This document shows positions 1 through 10,300 of a DNA stretch of 32,000 bases, piece by piece. The translations under genes and the position numbers were made by a program. Position 1 is the stretch's first letter; the number at the start of each line of letters is the position of its first letter. The notes beneath the pieces were generated by a model, which saw only the letters and a list, made by a program, of their open reading frames with translations, was not told the DNA's origin and did no database searches. This DNA comes from Raphidiopsis brookii D9 (GTDB lineage Bacteria > Cyanobacteriota > Cyanobacteriia > Cyanobacteriales > Nostocaceae): the NCBI GenBank assembly GCA_000175855.1, contig ACYB01000047.1, positions 1 to 32,000 of the forward strand. Direction: 5' to 3'.

Positions 1-7
1 GGGAATT

Positions 8-1558
8 ATGGCGCGTCTAGCATTGCTGAGTGTATCAAACAAAACAAATATAATTAATCTGGCTCGAACCCTAGTAGAAGAATTTGATTTTGATATCATC
101 AGTAGTGGAGGAACTGCTAAAACCCTCAAAAATGCTGGGATACCTGTTACTAAAGTTTCAGAATATACTGGGTCACCAGAAATATTAGGTGGTCGGGTAA
201 AAACCCTCCATCCTCGGATACACGGTGGGATTCTGGCGCGGCGAGATGTTGCACAAGACCTCACAGATTTGGCAGCTAATGAAATTCGTCCCATTGATCT
301 GGTAGTCGTCAACCTTTACCCTTTTAGGGAAACTATTGCCCAACCAAGTGTTACCCTCGCAGATGCAGTAGAACAAATTGATATTGGCGGTCCGGCAATG
401 TTACGCGCTGCATCTAAGAACTTCCCTAACTTAACTGTGTTGTGTGATCCTGAGCAATATAATGAGTATTTACAAGAATTACGTCAACATGGGTCAACTT
501 CCTGGGAATTTCGTCGCAAGTGCGCATTGCAGGGTTTTTTGCACACAGCTAGTTATGACCATGCGATCGCAACTTATCTCTCAGAGATAGAAAATCCCAG
601 TTTATCCAAAAATGACTTGACAGAAAACTACAATATTTCGGGTAGGCGAATTCAAACACTACGTTATGGTGAAAATCCTCATCAACCTGCAACTTGGTAT
701 GGGACAGGTAGTAACCCAACTGGTTGGACTACAGCAATAAAGTTGCAAGGTAAGGAACTTAGTTATAATAATTTAGTAGATTTAGAAGCTGCTAGACAAA
801 TTATTGCTGAATTTACAGATCTACCAGCAGCGACAATTATTAAACATAATAATCCCTGTGGAACTGCTGAAGCTGATACTATTTTTGCCGCTTATCAAAA
901 TGCCTACAATGCTGACAGTATATCGGCTTTTGGTGGAATTGTTGCCCTCAATCGCCCTATTGATACTCCAACCGCATGGGAACTAACTAAGACATTTTTA
1001 GAGTGCGTAGTTGCCCCGGACTGCGATCAAGAAGCACAAGCGATTTTAAATAAAAAGGGTAATCTCCGAGTCTTAATTTTACCAGATCTATTAAGTGGAC
1101 CAAAGGAAACAGTCAAAGCAATAGCAGGTGGTCTTCTAGTACAAACTGCTGATGACACAATTGCTGATAGTTCTAAATGGCAGGTTGTTACTAAAGTTAA
1201 ACCTACTTTAGAAGAATTAGCAGAGTTATTATTTGCTTGGAAAGTTTGCAAGCACGTCAAATCTAATGCTATTGTAATCAGTAAACAGAGAACAACTTTA
1301 GGTGTGGGTGCAGGGCAAATGAATCGGGTTGGTTCAACCAAAATAGCTCTAGAACAAGCGGGAGCAGGAGCTAAAGGAGCTGTTTTAGCTAGTGACGGTT
1401 TTTTCCCCTTCGATGATACAGTGAGAACAGCTGCTGCTGCTGGTATTACTGCTATTGTGCAACCAGGAGGAAGTTTACGAGACCAAGATTCAATTAAATC
1501 TGCTGACGAGCTGGGTTTATCAATGGTGATGACTGGTGTAAGGCATTTTTTGCATTAG
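8..1558 (+). CDS. purH: Bifunctional AICAR formyltransferase / IMP cyclohydrolase
   Basis: 516-aa ORF. N-term MARLALLSVSNKTNI.., KxxRYGENPHQ, NNPCGTA and C-term HFLH are typical of PurH. Confidence 0.97.
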   Translation: MARLALLSVSNKTNIINLARTLVEEFDFDIISSGGTAKTLKNAGIPVTKVSEYTGSPEILGGRVKTLHPRIHGGILARRDVAQDLTDLAANEIRPIDLVVVNLYPFRETIAQPSVTLADAVEQIDIGGPAMLRAASKNFPNLTVLCDPEQYNEYLQELRQHGSTSWEFRRKCALQGFLHTASYDHAIATYLSEIENPSLSKNDLTENYNISGRRIQTLRYGENPHQPATWYGTGSNPTGWTTAIKLQGKELSYNNLVDLEAARQIIAEFTDLPAATIIKHNNPCGTAEADTIFAAYQNAYNADSISAFGGIVALNRPIDTPTAWELTKTFLECVVAPDCDQEAQAILNKKGNLRVLILPDLLSGPKETVKAIAGGLLVQTADDTIADSSKWQVVTKVKPTLEELAELLFAWKVCKHVKSNAIVISKQRTTLGVGAGQMNRVGSTKIALEQAGAGAKGAVLASDGFFPFDDTVRTAAAAGITAIVQPGGSLRDQDSIKSADELGLSMVMTGVRHFLH

Positions 1559-1579
1559 CATGACAAACAAAAATTAACA

Positions 1580-4078
1580 CTAGGTCAAAATTGCTCCCCC
1601 CATTAAACGCTTATACCTGTACTGTAACTCATCCTTCATTAACGGCCAACGCTCTAAACTAACATCCATGTCAATCACCTTCTCCGCTGCTTGTCGCGCT
1701 AAGAGTAATACTTCCTCATCTTCCACTAAACTAGCGAGAGTAAGATCTGCTACTCCAGATTGACGAGTTCCCATGACCTCTCCTGGACCGCGAAAGCGCA
1801 TATCCATTTCAGAAATAAAAAACCCATCTTGTGACTGCTCTAAAACCTTCAATCGTTGTTGAGCATCTGGGTTTCTGGAACTACTCATTAAGAGACAATA
1901 GGACTGGTCCATACCTCTACCTACGCGCCCCCGCAGTTGGTGTAACTGGGATAGTCCAAATCTCTCCGCATGTTCAATTAACATTACAGTAGCATTAGGT
2001 ACGTCTACCCCTACTTCTACCACAGTAGTAGAAACCAAAATTTGGGTTTGGTTATCTCGGAACTTATTAATAGCTTCTTCTTTTTCTGTGGAAGTCATTT
2101 TTCCATGTAATAATCCCACTTGAAAATTGGGGAAAACAGTTTCTTGTAATTTTTGATATTCATCTATAGCTGAACGTAAATCTAATTTTTCTGACTCTTC
2201 CACCAGGGGTAAAACTACATATACTTGTCTACCTTGGGCAATTTCTCTTCTAATTAAATCGTAAGCTTGTGGTCTTTGATGACCTGTGAGGAGAGAAGTT
2301 TTGATTTGTTGTCTTCCCGGTGGTAACTCATCAATTTGACTTACATCCAAATCTCCATGTACTGTTAATGCTAAAGTTCTGGGAATGGGTGTAGCAGTCA
2401 TGGTTAGGACGTGAGGTTGTTCACCTTTTTGTTGTAATTTAGCCCTTTGTTCTACCCCAAATCGGTGCTGCTCATCAATTACAACTAAACCTAAACGGTG
2501 AAATTTCACCTTGTCTTGAATTAAAGCATGAGTTCCCACCAGAAGAGGTAATTCTCCGGTTTCTAATTGGGAGTGAATTTCTCTTCTTTTGCTAGTTTTA
2601 GTGGATCCCGTTAGTAATTCTACTGGTAAGTGCAAAAGATTAAACCAAGTTACTAATTTTCGATAATGTTGTTCTGCTAATACTTCTGTAGGTGCCATTA
2701 AGGCTGCTTGATAACCTGATTGAATGGCTGCTAAAATGGCAACTACAGCAACAACGGTTTTACCTGAACCTACATCACCTTGTACCAAACGGTTCATGGC
2801 TGTGGACTTTTGTAAGTCATTGAGGATATCATTAATTACTCTTTCTTGGGCTTTAGTAAATTTAAAAGGTAAAATTTCATGAAATTGATCCAATAATTTG
2901 CCACTAGGTGCAAGAATAGGACCAGTTTGGTTAGCTTTGGCTTGTTTTTGCCTTTGTAATAAACCTACTTGTAAGTAAAAAAATTCATCAAATACTAACC
3001 TCCTCTTAGCCATTTTCAGGGTATCACTATCTTGGGGAAAATGAATGTTAGGGATTGCCTGTTTTAATTCAATTAAGTTGTATTTTTTACGTAGACCAGG
3101 TGGTAAAGGGTCTTGTAAACTTTTGACAGATGGTAAAACTGCCATTACTGCTTGTCTGACTGCGTTAGCAACCACACCCTCTGTTAAACCATAAATTGGT
3201 ACGACCCTACCAATGGTGAAAGAGTCTATAGCATCCCCGGAATTGGCTAAGACTTCTATTTCTGGATTATCTAATGTTAGTCCATATTTACTAGGCTTGA
3301 CTAAACCACAAGCTGCAACTAAAGTACCAGGCGTATAACGTCGCTTTAAACCTTCTTGCCAACCTTTACTACTAAAGCGAGAACCAGCGTAAAATCTACT
3401 AACCTTTACTTGTCCGGTTTGGTCTTTTAACATCAGTTCTAAAATGGACAATTTCTGGTTTTTGGGACTGGTAAAACAATTACAACGTCTGACCTCCCCA
3501 ATGATGGTTACTGTTTCACCTCCTTTTAATTCTCTAATATTTACCTGACGTGCATAATCAATATAATCCCGTGGATAATAAAACAGCAGATCTCTGACGG
3601 TTTCCAATTCTAACCGGTACAGATTTTCTGCTCTTTTAATGCCAATTTCGGCTAAGTCACGAAGTTTTTGATCGATTTTTGGAGCTGGTTTCTGGTTAAC
3701 TTCATTGACAATGGGAGTGGTTTTCACCAATTTGGTGGTAGTTGGTTGATTTTCCCGTAGGAATGATTCCATATCTGGTTCTAGTTGAGATTGTAATCGG
3801 TCTTGTAACTCACCCAGATAGGTTCCTAAGTCTTTGACTAGTTTCTCTCGAATTTCTATAGCTAAATGGGGATATTGGATAAATTGAGAGGTTATATAAT
3901 CCCAATGTAATTTCTCTTCCCCTGGTAAACCCTGTGGAAACTGGCTAAAGGTTAAACTAATAAATTCACTAAAGCGGTATTTTTTACCTACCAAATCCCC
4001 AAAACCGGAATCGGCTTCTATTGATAATGCCTTATACAGTCTTATCCAGTCAGGTGTTTGATTAGTCATAGTTATCAA
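1580..4078 (-). CDS. recG: ATP-dependent DNA helicase RecG
   Basis: 832-aa ORF with RLVQGDVGSGKTVVA, DEQHRFG, TATPIPRTL, QLRGRVGRG; long N-terminal extension as in cyanobacterial RecG. Confidence 0.96.
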   Translation of the reverse strand: MITMTNQTPDWIRLYKALSIEADSGFGDLVGKKYRFSEFISLTFSQFPQGLPGEEKLHWDYITSQFIQYPHLAIEIREKLVKDLGTYLGELQDRLQSQLEPDMESFLRENQPTTTKLVKTTPIVNEVNQKPAPKIDQKLRDLAEIGIKRAENLYRLELETVRDLLFYYPRDYIDYARQVNIRELKGGETVTIIGEVRRCNCFTSPKNQKLSILELMLKDQTGQVKVSRFYAGSRFSSKGWQEGLKRRYTPGTLVAACGLVKPSKYGLTLDNPEIEVLANSGDAIDSFTIGRVVPIYGLTEGVVANAVRQAVMAVLPSVKSLQDPLPPGLRKKYNLIELKQAIPNIHFPQDSDTLKMAKRRLVFDEFFYLQVGLLQRQKQAKANQTGPILAPSGKLLDQFHEILPFKFTKAQERVINDILNDLQKSTAMNRLVQGDVGSGKTVVAVVAILAAIQSGYQAALMAPTEVLAEQHYRKLVTWFNLLHLPVELLTGSTKTSKRREIHSQLETGELPLLVGTHALIQDKVKFHRLGLVVIDEQHRFGVEQRAKLQQKGEQPHVLTMTATPIPRTLALTVHGDLDVSQIDELPPGRQQIKTSLLTGHQRPQAYDLIRREIAQGRQVYVVLPLVEESEKLDLRSAIDEYQKLQETVFPNFQVGLLHGKMTSTEKEEAINKFRDNQTQILVSTTVVEVGVDVPNATVMLIEHAERFGLSQLHQLRGRVGRGMDQSYCLLMSSSRNPDAQQRLKVLEQSQDGFFISEMDMRFRGPGEVMGTRQSGVADLTLASLVEDEEVLLLARQAAEKVIDMDVSLERWPLMKDELQYRYKRLMGGAILT

Positions 4079-4104
4079 TTAACTTAATTGATTCAATATC
4101 ATCA

Positions 4105-4902
4105 TCAAATATCGTCAAACCAACTAGCGCGCCAAGCGGACTCTGCTTGGGCTATTTTTAATTCTTGATGTTTTTTATTATACTCCTTAGCTAACTTGTT
4201 AATTTGCAGCAAAATAACACGAATTTGCTTACTCTTTTCCAAGAGTTTCTGATCGGCAAATTCAATATCTCCCAATCGCAAATTGACGGTAACTAACTGG
4301 GTTAAGGTGGAATCTTCCGATTCTTTTTCATTAGTAATTTCTATGACCAAGTTTAACAAATTTGGTGGTCCTGCTATTACTTCTGTGGTTGCTTCTGAAG
4401 CTGCTGCTGCTAAAATTGGTTCTGGTAATTTCTTGGGTAAAAGTCCTGCTTTTTGCAGCAGAAGGTTAGCTTCTAAGGAAACTGTCTTTAGTGTGTTTTG
4501 TATTCCCTCTTCTACATTCCGATGCCATTGTACCACTTCTATGGGATTAGAAAAATCTAAGGATTTTACCTGGGGAACCTCCAATGGTGGATTTTCTGTA
4601 TTTTCCATATTCTCCGGTCTCTTGATTTCTAAGTAAACCAGTAGTTGTTGGGCAGCTTTTCTTCCCAGTTGACGGGCACTTTGTTGTAGTTGTTGACGTT
4701 GGTTAAGGGATAGATGTAAGAACTTCTCTGCATATCCCTTGGTACATAAATGGTAAACAGCTAAAATTAATTGTTTGTGTGTGGATTCTCCTAATTGAAC
4801 TAAATAATCAGCATAATTTTTTTGCAGTTCTGTTGCCACAGAACTAAAGTTTTGTTTTAACTTGTTGATGTCTTCTTCTATTCGCTCTACTGTTCTTGTC
4901 AT
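4105..4902 (-). CDS. Conserved hypothetical protein between tsf and recG
   Basis: 265-aa ORF, good coding character, same strand as recG and tsf; no recognised domain. Confidence 0.8.
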   Translation of the reverse strand: MTRTVERIEEDINKLKQNFSSVATELQKNYADYLVQLGESTHKQLILAVYHLCTKGYAEKFLHLSLNQRQQLQQSARQLGRKAAQQLLVYLEIKRPENMENTENPPLEVPQVKSLDFSNPIEVVQWHRNVEEGIQNTLKTVSLEANLLLQKAGLLPKKLPEPILAAAASEATTEVIAGPPNLLNLVIEITNEKESEDSTLTQLVTVNLRLGDIEFADQKLLEKSKQIRVILLQINKLAKEYNKKHQELKIAQAESAWRASWFDDI

Positions 4903-5056
4903 ACATATAATAAGTCATAATAAGTCGGAGTTACCCCCCAGATCAATCCGGGAGGTTTCAGTTTATCCTAATATAATCTAGGGTTTGTTTCGGTGCAGTT
5001 AACCTGATATGGGTTGGTGTGGAGCAAGTCTTGATATTGCTCTACTCACAACCAAA

Positions 5057-5998
5057 TTACTTAGCACCAATTTGAGCAGCTACCTCTTGGGCAAAGTTGC
5101 TTTCTTGCTTCTCAATGCCTTCACCTAAGATATAACGCACAAACTGATGTACTATGATTGGTTCTGACAGTTTTGATTCCACTTGCTTGATTAGTTCTGC
5201 CACGGAAATATTTTGATCCCGGATATAAGGCTGATCTAACAAGGTCATTTCTTTCAGACGTTTGTCAATTCTTCCTTGGACAATCTTCTCTTTAATGTTT
5301 TCTGGCTTATTACCCAGATCTTCCTTACCCATTTCAATCTCTTTTTCCTTTTGGACAACCTGGTCAGGAATTTTATCCACACTTACATATTCAACATTGG
5401 GACAAGCTGCTACTTGCATAGCGGTGTTCCTAGCCAAGCTTTGCACTTCTTCGTTTTTTGCAGCGGTTTCTGTGTAAACACCAATGGAAACTAACACACC
5501 TACTCTACCACCAGTATGAATATATCCATCTATCACTCCGGGTGCACCTTCTAAAGAAAAGTTCACAAAGCGACGCACCTGAATATTTTCACCCAAGGTG
5601 GCAATGGTCTCCTTTATATAGTCATCTACCGTCACATCAGTATTTTCAATATACGGTTGGGCCAGCAAAGAGGTCACATTGTCAGCATTTACCGCCTGTT
5701 TAGCTAAGTTCTTAACTAATAACTTAAAAGCGTCATTCCTAGCTACAAAATCTGTTTGGCAGTTAACTTCTATTAGCACTCCCCCACTTCTATCCGGTGT
5801 GGTGTAGATGTCTACTAACCCTTCTGCAGTCACGCGATCGCTTTTCTTTCCTGCTGAAGCAATACCTTTTTTCCTGAGCCAATCTATAGCTTCGTCTATA
5901 TTGCCCTGAGTTTCATTTAGAGCTTTTTTACAGTCCATCATGCCTGCACCAGTTTTCTGGCGTAGATCTTGCACGAGTTTTGCTGATATTTCTGCCAT
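5057..5998 (-). CDS. tsf: Translation elongation factor Ts
   Basis: 313-aa ORF: [28 protein letters not shown]-terminal VAAQIGAK. Confidence 0.97.
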   Translation of the reverse strand: MAEISAKLVQDLRQKTGAGMMDCKKALNETQGNIDEAIDWLRKKGIASAGKKSDRVTAEGLVDIYTTPDRSGGVLIEVNCQTDFVARNDAFKLLVKNLAKQAVNADNVTSLLAQPYIENTDVTVDDYIKETIATLGENIQVRRFVNFSLEGAPGVIDGYIHTGGRVGVLVSIGVYTETAAKNEEVQSLARNTAMQVAACPNVEYVSVDKIPDQVVQKEKEIEMGKEDLGNKPENIKEKIVQGRIDKRLKEMTLLDQPYIRDQNISVAELIKQVESKLSEPIIVHQFVRYILGEGIEKQESNFAQEVAAQIGAK

Positions 5999-6132
5999 GT
6001 TCCCTCAATTTTGTTGCGATTGAATACTTAGTTAATTACGTTGTTAATTGTCACGACAAGAGTTACCAGGTTGATAAGTTTTGGGATTATGGGATCAAGT
6101 GATCTACCTGATCCCAAACTCTCAATTTTTTA

Positions 6133-6924
6133 TTATTCTTCATCATCGTCATCTGAGAAATGATCTACATAACCCGGTTCCTCATCTTCGTAATCTTCCT
6201 CAGGAATGTCGTAATCCTCATAATCAGGTTCTACTTCCAGTTGACCATGACGACCTTCATAAATGGCATCCGCTAATTTGCCTACAATCAGCTTAATAGA
6301 GCGAATAGCGTCATCATTAGCTGGAATAGGAATATCTACCGTATCTGGATCACAATTGGTATCCAGCATAGAAACAATGGGAATACTCAGTTTTTGACAT
6401 TCCTGAACAGCATTATACTCCCGTCGTTGGTCAACAATTATCACCACATCGGGTACTTTTCGCATATTCTTAATGCCACCCAGGTATTTCTGTAACTTAG
6501 ACATTTCTCGCCTCAGCATTGATGCTTCTTTCTTAGGCAATAAATCTAAGGCACCATTTTCTTCTCGTCGCTCTAAATCTTTTAGACGGTCTGCTCTGGT
6601 TTTAATCGTTGCCCAGTTGGTGAGCATTCCACCTAACCAACGCTGGTTAATATAGTGAGAACCACAACGGTTAGCTTCTTGGGCAATAATCCCTGCTGCT
6701 TGTCTTTTTGTGCCTACAAACAGGAACTTTTTTCCTTGCTCTGCTTGACTTCGCATATAATTGTATGCATCATCCATCAACTGTGCTGTTTGCACTAAGT
6801 CAATGATATGTACTCCATTACGAGCAGTGTATATATAGGGAGACATTTTGGGGTTCCAACGTCTGGTTTGATGACCAAAGTGAACTCCTGACTCCATCAT
6901 TTGAGCCAAAGAAACTACGGGCAT
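6133..6924 (-). CDS. rpsB: 30S ribosomal protein S2
   Basis: 263-aa ORF: [39 protein letters not shown], acidic C-terminal tail. Confidence 0.98.
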   Translation of the reverse strand: MPVVSLAQMMESGVHFGHQTRRWNPKMSPYIYTARNGVHIIDLVQTAQLMDDAYNYMRSQAEQGKKFLFVGTKRQAAGIIAQEANRCGSHYINQRWLGGMLTNWATIKTRADRLKDLERREENGALDLLPKKEASMLRREMSKLQKYLGGIKNMRKVPDVVIIVDQRREYNAVQECQKLSIPIVSMLDTNCDPDTVDIPIPANDDAIRSIKLIVGKLADAIYEGRHGQLEVEPDYEDYDIPEEDYEDEEPGYVDHFSDDDDEE

Positions 6925-7341
6925 GTTTAATCACTCCTATTCGGGTTAAACCTCCATCCAGGCGTATTTCTACAGCGGAAACACCCGAATCCCTGGATGT
7001 GCGGAATTTAATCAACTAAACTAGGATAGCACAATCTTGGCCAATTGTGCCACTCCTGTCCGGGAATTCCAACAATTTTCATTTTTAAAACTAGGTTTAA
7101 AAATCAGAAAAACCACCTCCTTTTCATACTGTTTATGTTACCATCTGGAATAGGGGTTATTTTTACGATACTAGCGGTAAGGTTAGTACAGCTTGAGTCG
7201 GTAGTCCATCAACATCTCAGACTTTTTGCCTGTGTGCAAAATTCCTACTATGACAAAGCTTTTATATGATTTGCAACTGTATCTCAATTGTCTAATCCAC
7301 ATCAAACTTTGCATATCCACTCCAATAAAATCTAAATTAAT

Positions 7342-10300
7342 ATGACCAATCACAGATCTCCCACAAAAAACAAACAGGCCGATCTTCTTGAAAACTACCT
7401 AAAGTTATCTTCTGCTCATCAGAACATACTGCAAATACTTTCCATAATTTATGAAAAAATAGACAAAAGCTCGATTTTACCCTGTTTGGTTGCTGCTAGT
7501 TTGTCCGACGAGAGAAATGTTCCGTGGAATGCTAAGTCTCTCAATCGCCAGGTTGATAGCCTAGCAGAGCAGGATCTCTTGGTGCAAGGACCTAAAAATA
7601 TTGTTGAATGCCATCCTCTGATTAAAGAAGGTGTGATTCGTCATACCATAGAAACGGAAAATTTTGAACTATTAGTTGCAGCTGTAGAGGAGAAACTACC
7701 AATTCGTAACGCCCTTATAAAAGGTAGGAGAAGTTTTGCCAACCTGCACCAGTGTGTTAGAGAAATTCGCATTGGCATCTATCGTGGAGACACGGATTTT
7801 GTCTATAAACAAATTGATGACTATCATCATCTAAAAGGTGAATACGAATCTACAAAAAAACTCATTAATTATGTATCAGAGGAAGTGTGTAACAATCCTT
7901 TTGATCCCACGTGGTTTGTTAAGTTGCCACCGGAACTATATGAGATCTTCATGACCAATATTCTATTTAATTCAGCACTAAATTTATCTAATTGTCAAGA
8001 GGTTTTTTGTCTCTTAGAAGAGGAATGTGAGAATTCGGGTAAACACTCGTCGAATCATACATATTCAATACTAATAGAGCAATTTTTGCTCAGGGCCTGT
8101 ACAGAAGAAGCAGAAGAAAGTTTAAAACATATAAAGGATGTTTCTATTACCAGGAATAATGGTTTTTGGGGTTGGTTAAGTTTCCTGCAAGGAAAAAATG
8201 ATCAAGCCATTCAATACTATTCCGATGGACTAGAAACTCAACGAAAAATGATTGGCAAACACCAAATATATTTTAATTCCATAGCGGGATTATTCTTTAT
8301 TCTAGCCCTGCTAAAGGAGGGTTCAGCAAAATCTCTGAGCAAGGCAGAGGAGTATGCAAATATACTGAGTCAGTCAAGTCATTTTCTGAGTTTAATTTAT
8401 AAAAACCTAACCGTCTTACTGCAGGTTCATCAGGGCAATATCAGTGCCAAAAAAACTTTACTCGAAGAAGCAAATTTTACATCCCTGAAGGGAAAAAACA
8501 GTTTAGAGTTACTATTCTACTCACTATGTATCTACTGGCTAGATATTGAAGTTGCCAGAAAGCTTCTACCCAAGGTATTACAAAAATTATACAGCAGTGC
8601 TGTCTTCTCTGGTTATCACTGGTTAGCCATAGAAGCGGCAAATTTGTTAGCTCGAATTGACCCTCATAGTAATTACCAAATAAGAGCACAAACTCTACAG
8701 GAATACACCAATATTGAAACTATAGTCGATATATTACAACCCCAGGAAGAATGGGAGATTCGCCTACAAGCTTTGGCAGGGATGCAAAAAGAATCCCAGA
8801 CTATCAACCAATCGGACACAGGAACGCGTTTGGTCTGGTTAGTAAAATTTGATTCTGGCAAATGTTTTTTACAACCCAAGGAACAGAAAAATACTGTGAA
8901 GGGAGAATGGAGTAAAGGTCGTCAAATCGCCCTGAGACGTTTGAGTACAAACTTATCAGAGCTAAACTATATCACATTCCAAGATGTAAAAGTCTGTAGC
9001 TGTATTGAAGTCTCTAATTATAGAAGTTACCACAATAAATCTGAGTATCAGTTCAACGAAAGGGCAATTTTAGCTTTAATTGGACATCCCCTAGTATTTT
9101 GGGAAGATGCTCCTAATATTCGGGTAGAAATAGTAAAAGGAGAGATGGAATTTTTAGTAAAAAAAGATGGTCAAGATCATTTAACCATAGAATTATCACC
9201 CAAAATAACAACCGACAATATTACTTGTATCAAGGAAACTCCCACCCGCATTAAAGTCATTGAAATTACACCTGAACATAGGCGCATAGGAGAGATTTTG
9301 GGTTATGAAAATAAGTTGACTGTTCCTAGGATTGCTGAGAAAAATATTTTGGCAGCTATCAATGGTGTTTCTGGGATTGTTACTGTTCATTCTGATATCA
9401 GTGGGAATGTGGAGGGTATAGAAGAATTGCCCGCTCAAACTCTACCCTATATTCATTTGTTACCCACTAATACGGGTTTAAAGGTTAGCCTACTATCACA
9501 TCCCTTTACTGAAGGTGGACCATACTTTCATCCGGGTATTGGTGGAGAGACGGTAATTGCGGAAATAGGGGGTAAACGGTTACAAACTAGACGTAATTTA
9601 TCTCAAGAAAGGGAACTGGCCCAATATGTTATTGATAACTGTCCTACTTTAATGAGTGTTAACGAACAAGGGAGCGAATGGCTAATAGAGGACCCAGATA
9701 ACTGTTTGGAACTGCTACTGGAATTACAAGCATTAAAGGATAAGATAGTTGTAGAATGGCCTCAAGGTGAAAAAATGCGTGTTAGCTATCATGCTGACTT
9801 GAAAGACTTTAACCTATCTATTGAACGCCAAAAAGATTGGTTTGCTGCAACTGGTGAATTGAAATTGAGCGAAGACCTAGTTTTGGATATGGAGCAACTC
9901 TTACAATTACTTGAGAAAACCCCTGGTCGGTTTATTCCTATGGGTGATGGTGAATTTTTAGCGTTAAGTGAAGTATTTCGAAAACAACTGGATGAGCTAC
10001 GACTTTTTTCAGAAAAACATGGTAAGAAACTGATGTTTCATCCTCTAGCTGCATCTAACCTAGAAGAATTTGTGGATAATGTAGGTAACTTGAAAGCAGA
10101 TAAACATTGGAAACAGCATATCAGCCGTCTTAAAGAAGTGCAAAGCCTGCAACCAGAACTACCATCAACATTTCAAGCAGAACTGCGGGACTATCAGATG
10201 GAAGGTTTTTGCTGGTTAGCACGATTAGCCCATTGGGGTGTAGGAGCTTGTTTGGCTGACCAAATGGGACTGGGCAAAACCATACAAGCATTAGCTATTA

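Noticed and set aside
1027-1341. 104-aa minus-strand ORF inside purH
   Set aside because: Antisense shadow ORF within a strongly conserved CDS; composition not protein-like.
4283-4636. 117-aa plus-strand ORF opposite the tsf-recG intergenic gene
   Set aside because: Fully antisense to the 265-aa CDS; no recognisable motif.
5012-5053. Imperfect hairpin GGTTGGTGTGGAGCAA..TTGCTCTACTCACAACC just downstream of tsf
   Set aside because: Likely a routine tsf 3' structure; imperfect and without a U-tract.
5262-5703. Three plus-strand ORFs opposite tsf (5262-5477, 5276-5494, 5458-5703)
   Set aside because: Overlapping antisense shadow ORFs of a conserved gene.
7045-7269. 74-aa ORF between rpsB and the SNF2 gene
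   Set aside because: No clear motif and low-complexity intergenic composition; not enough support for a real gene.
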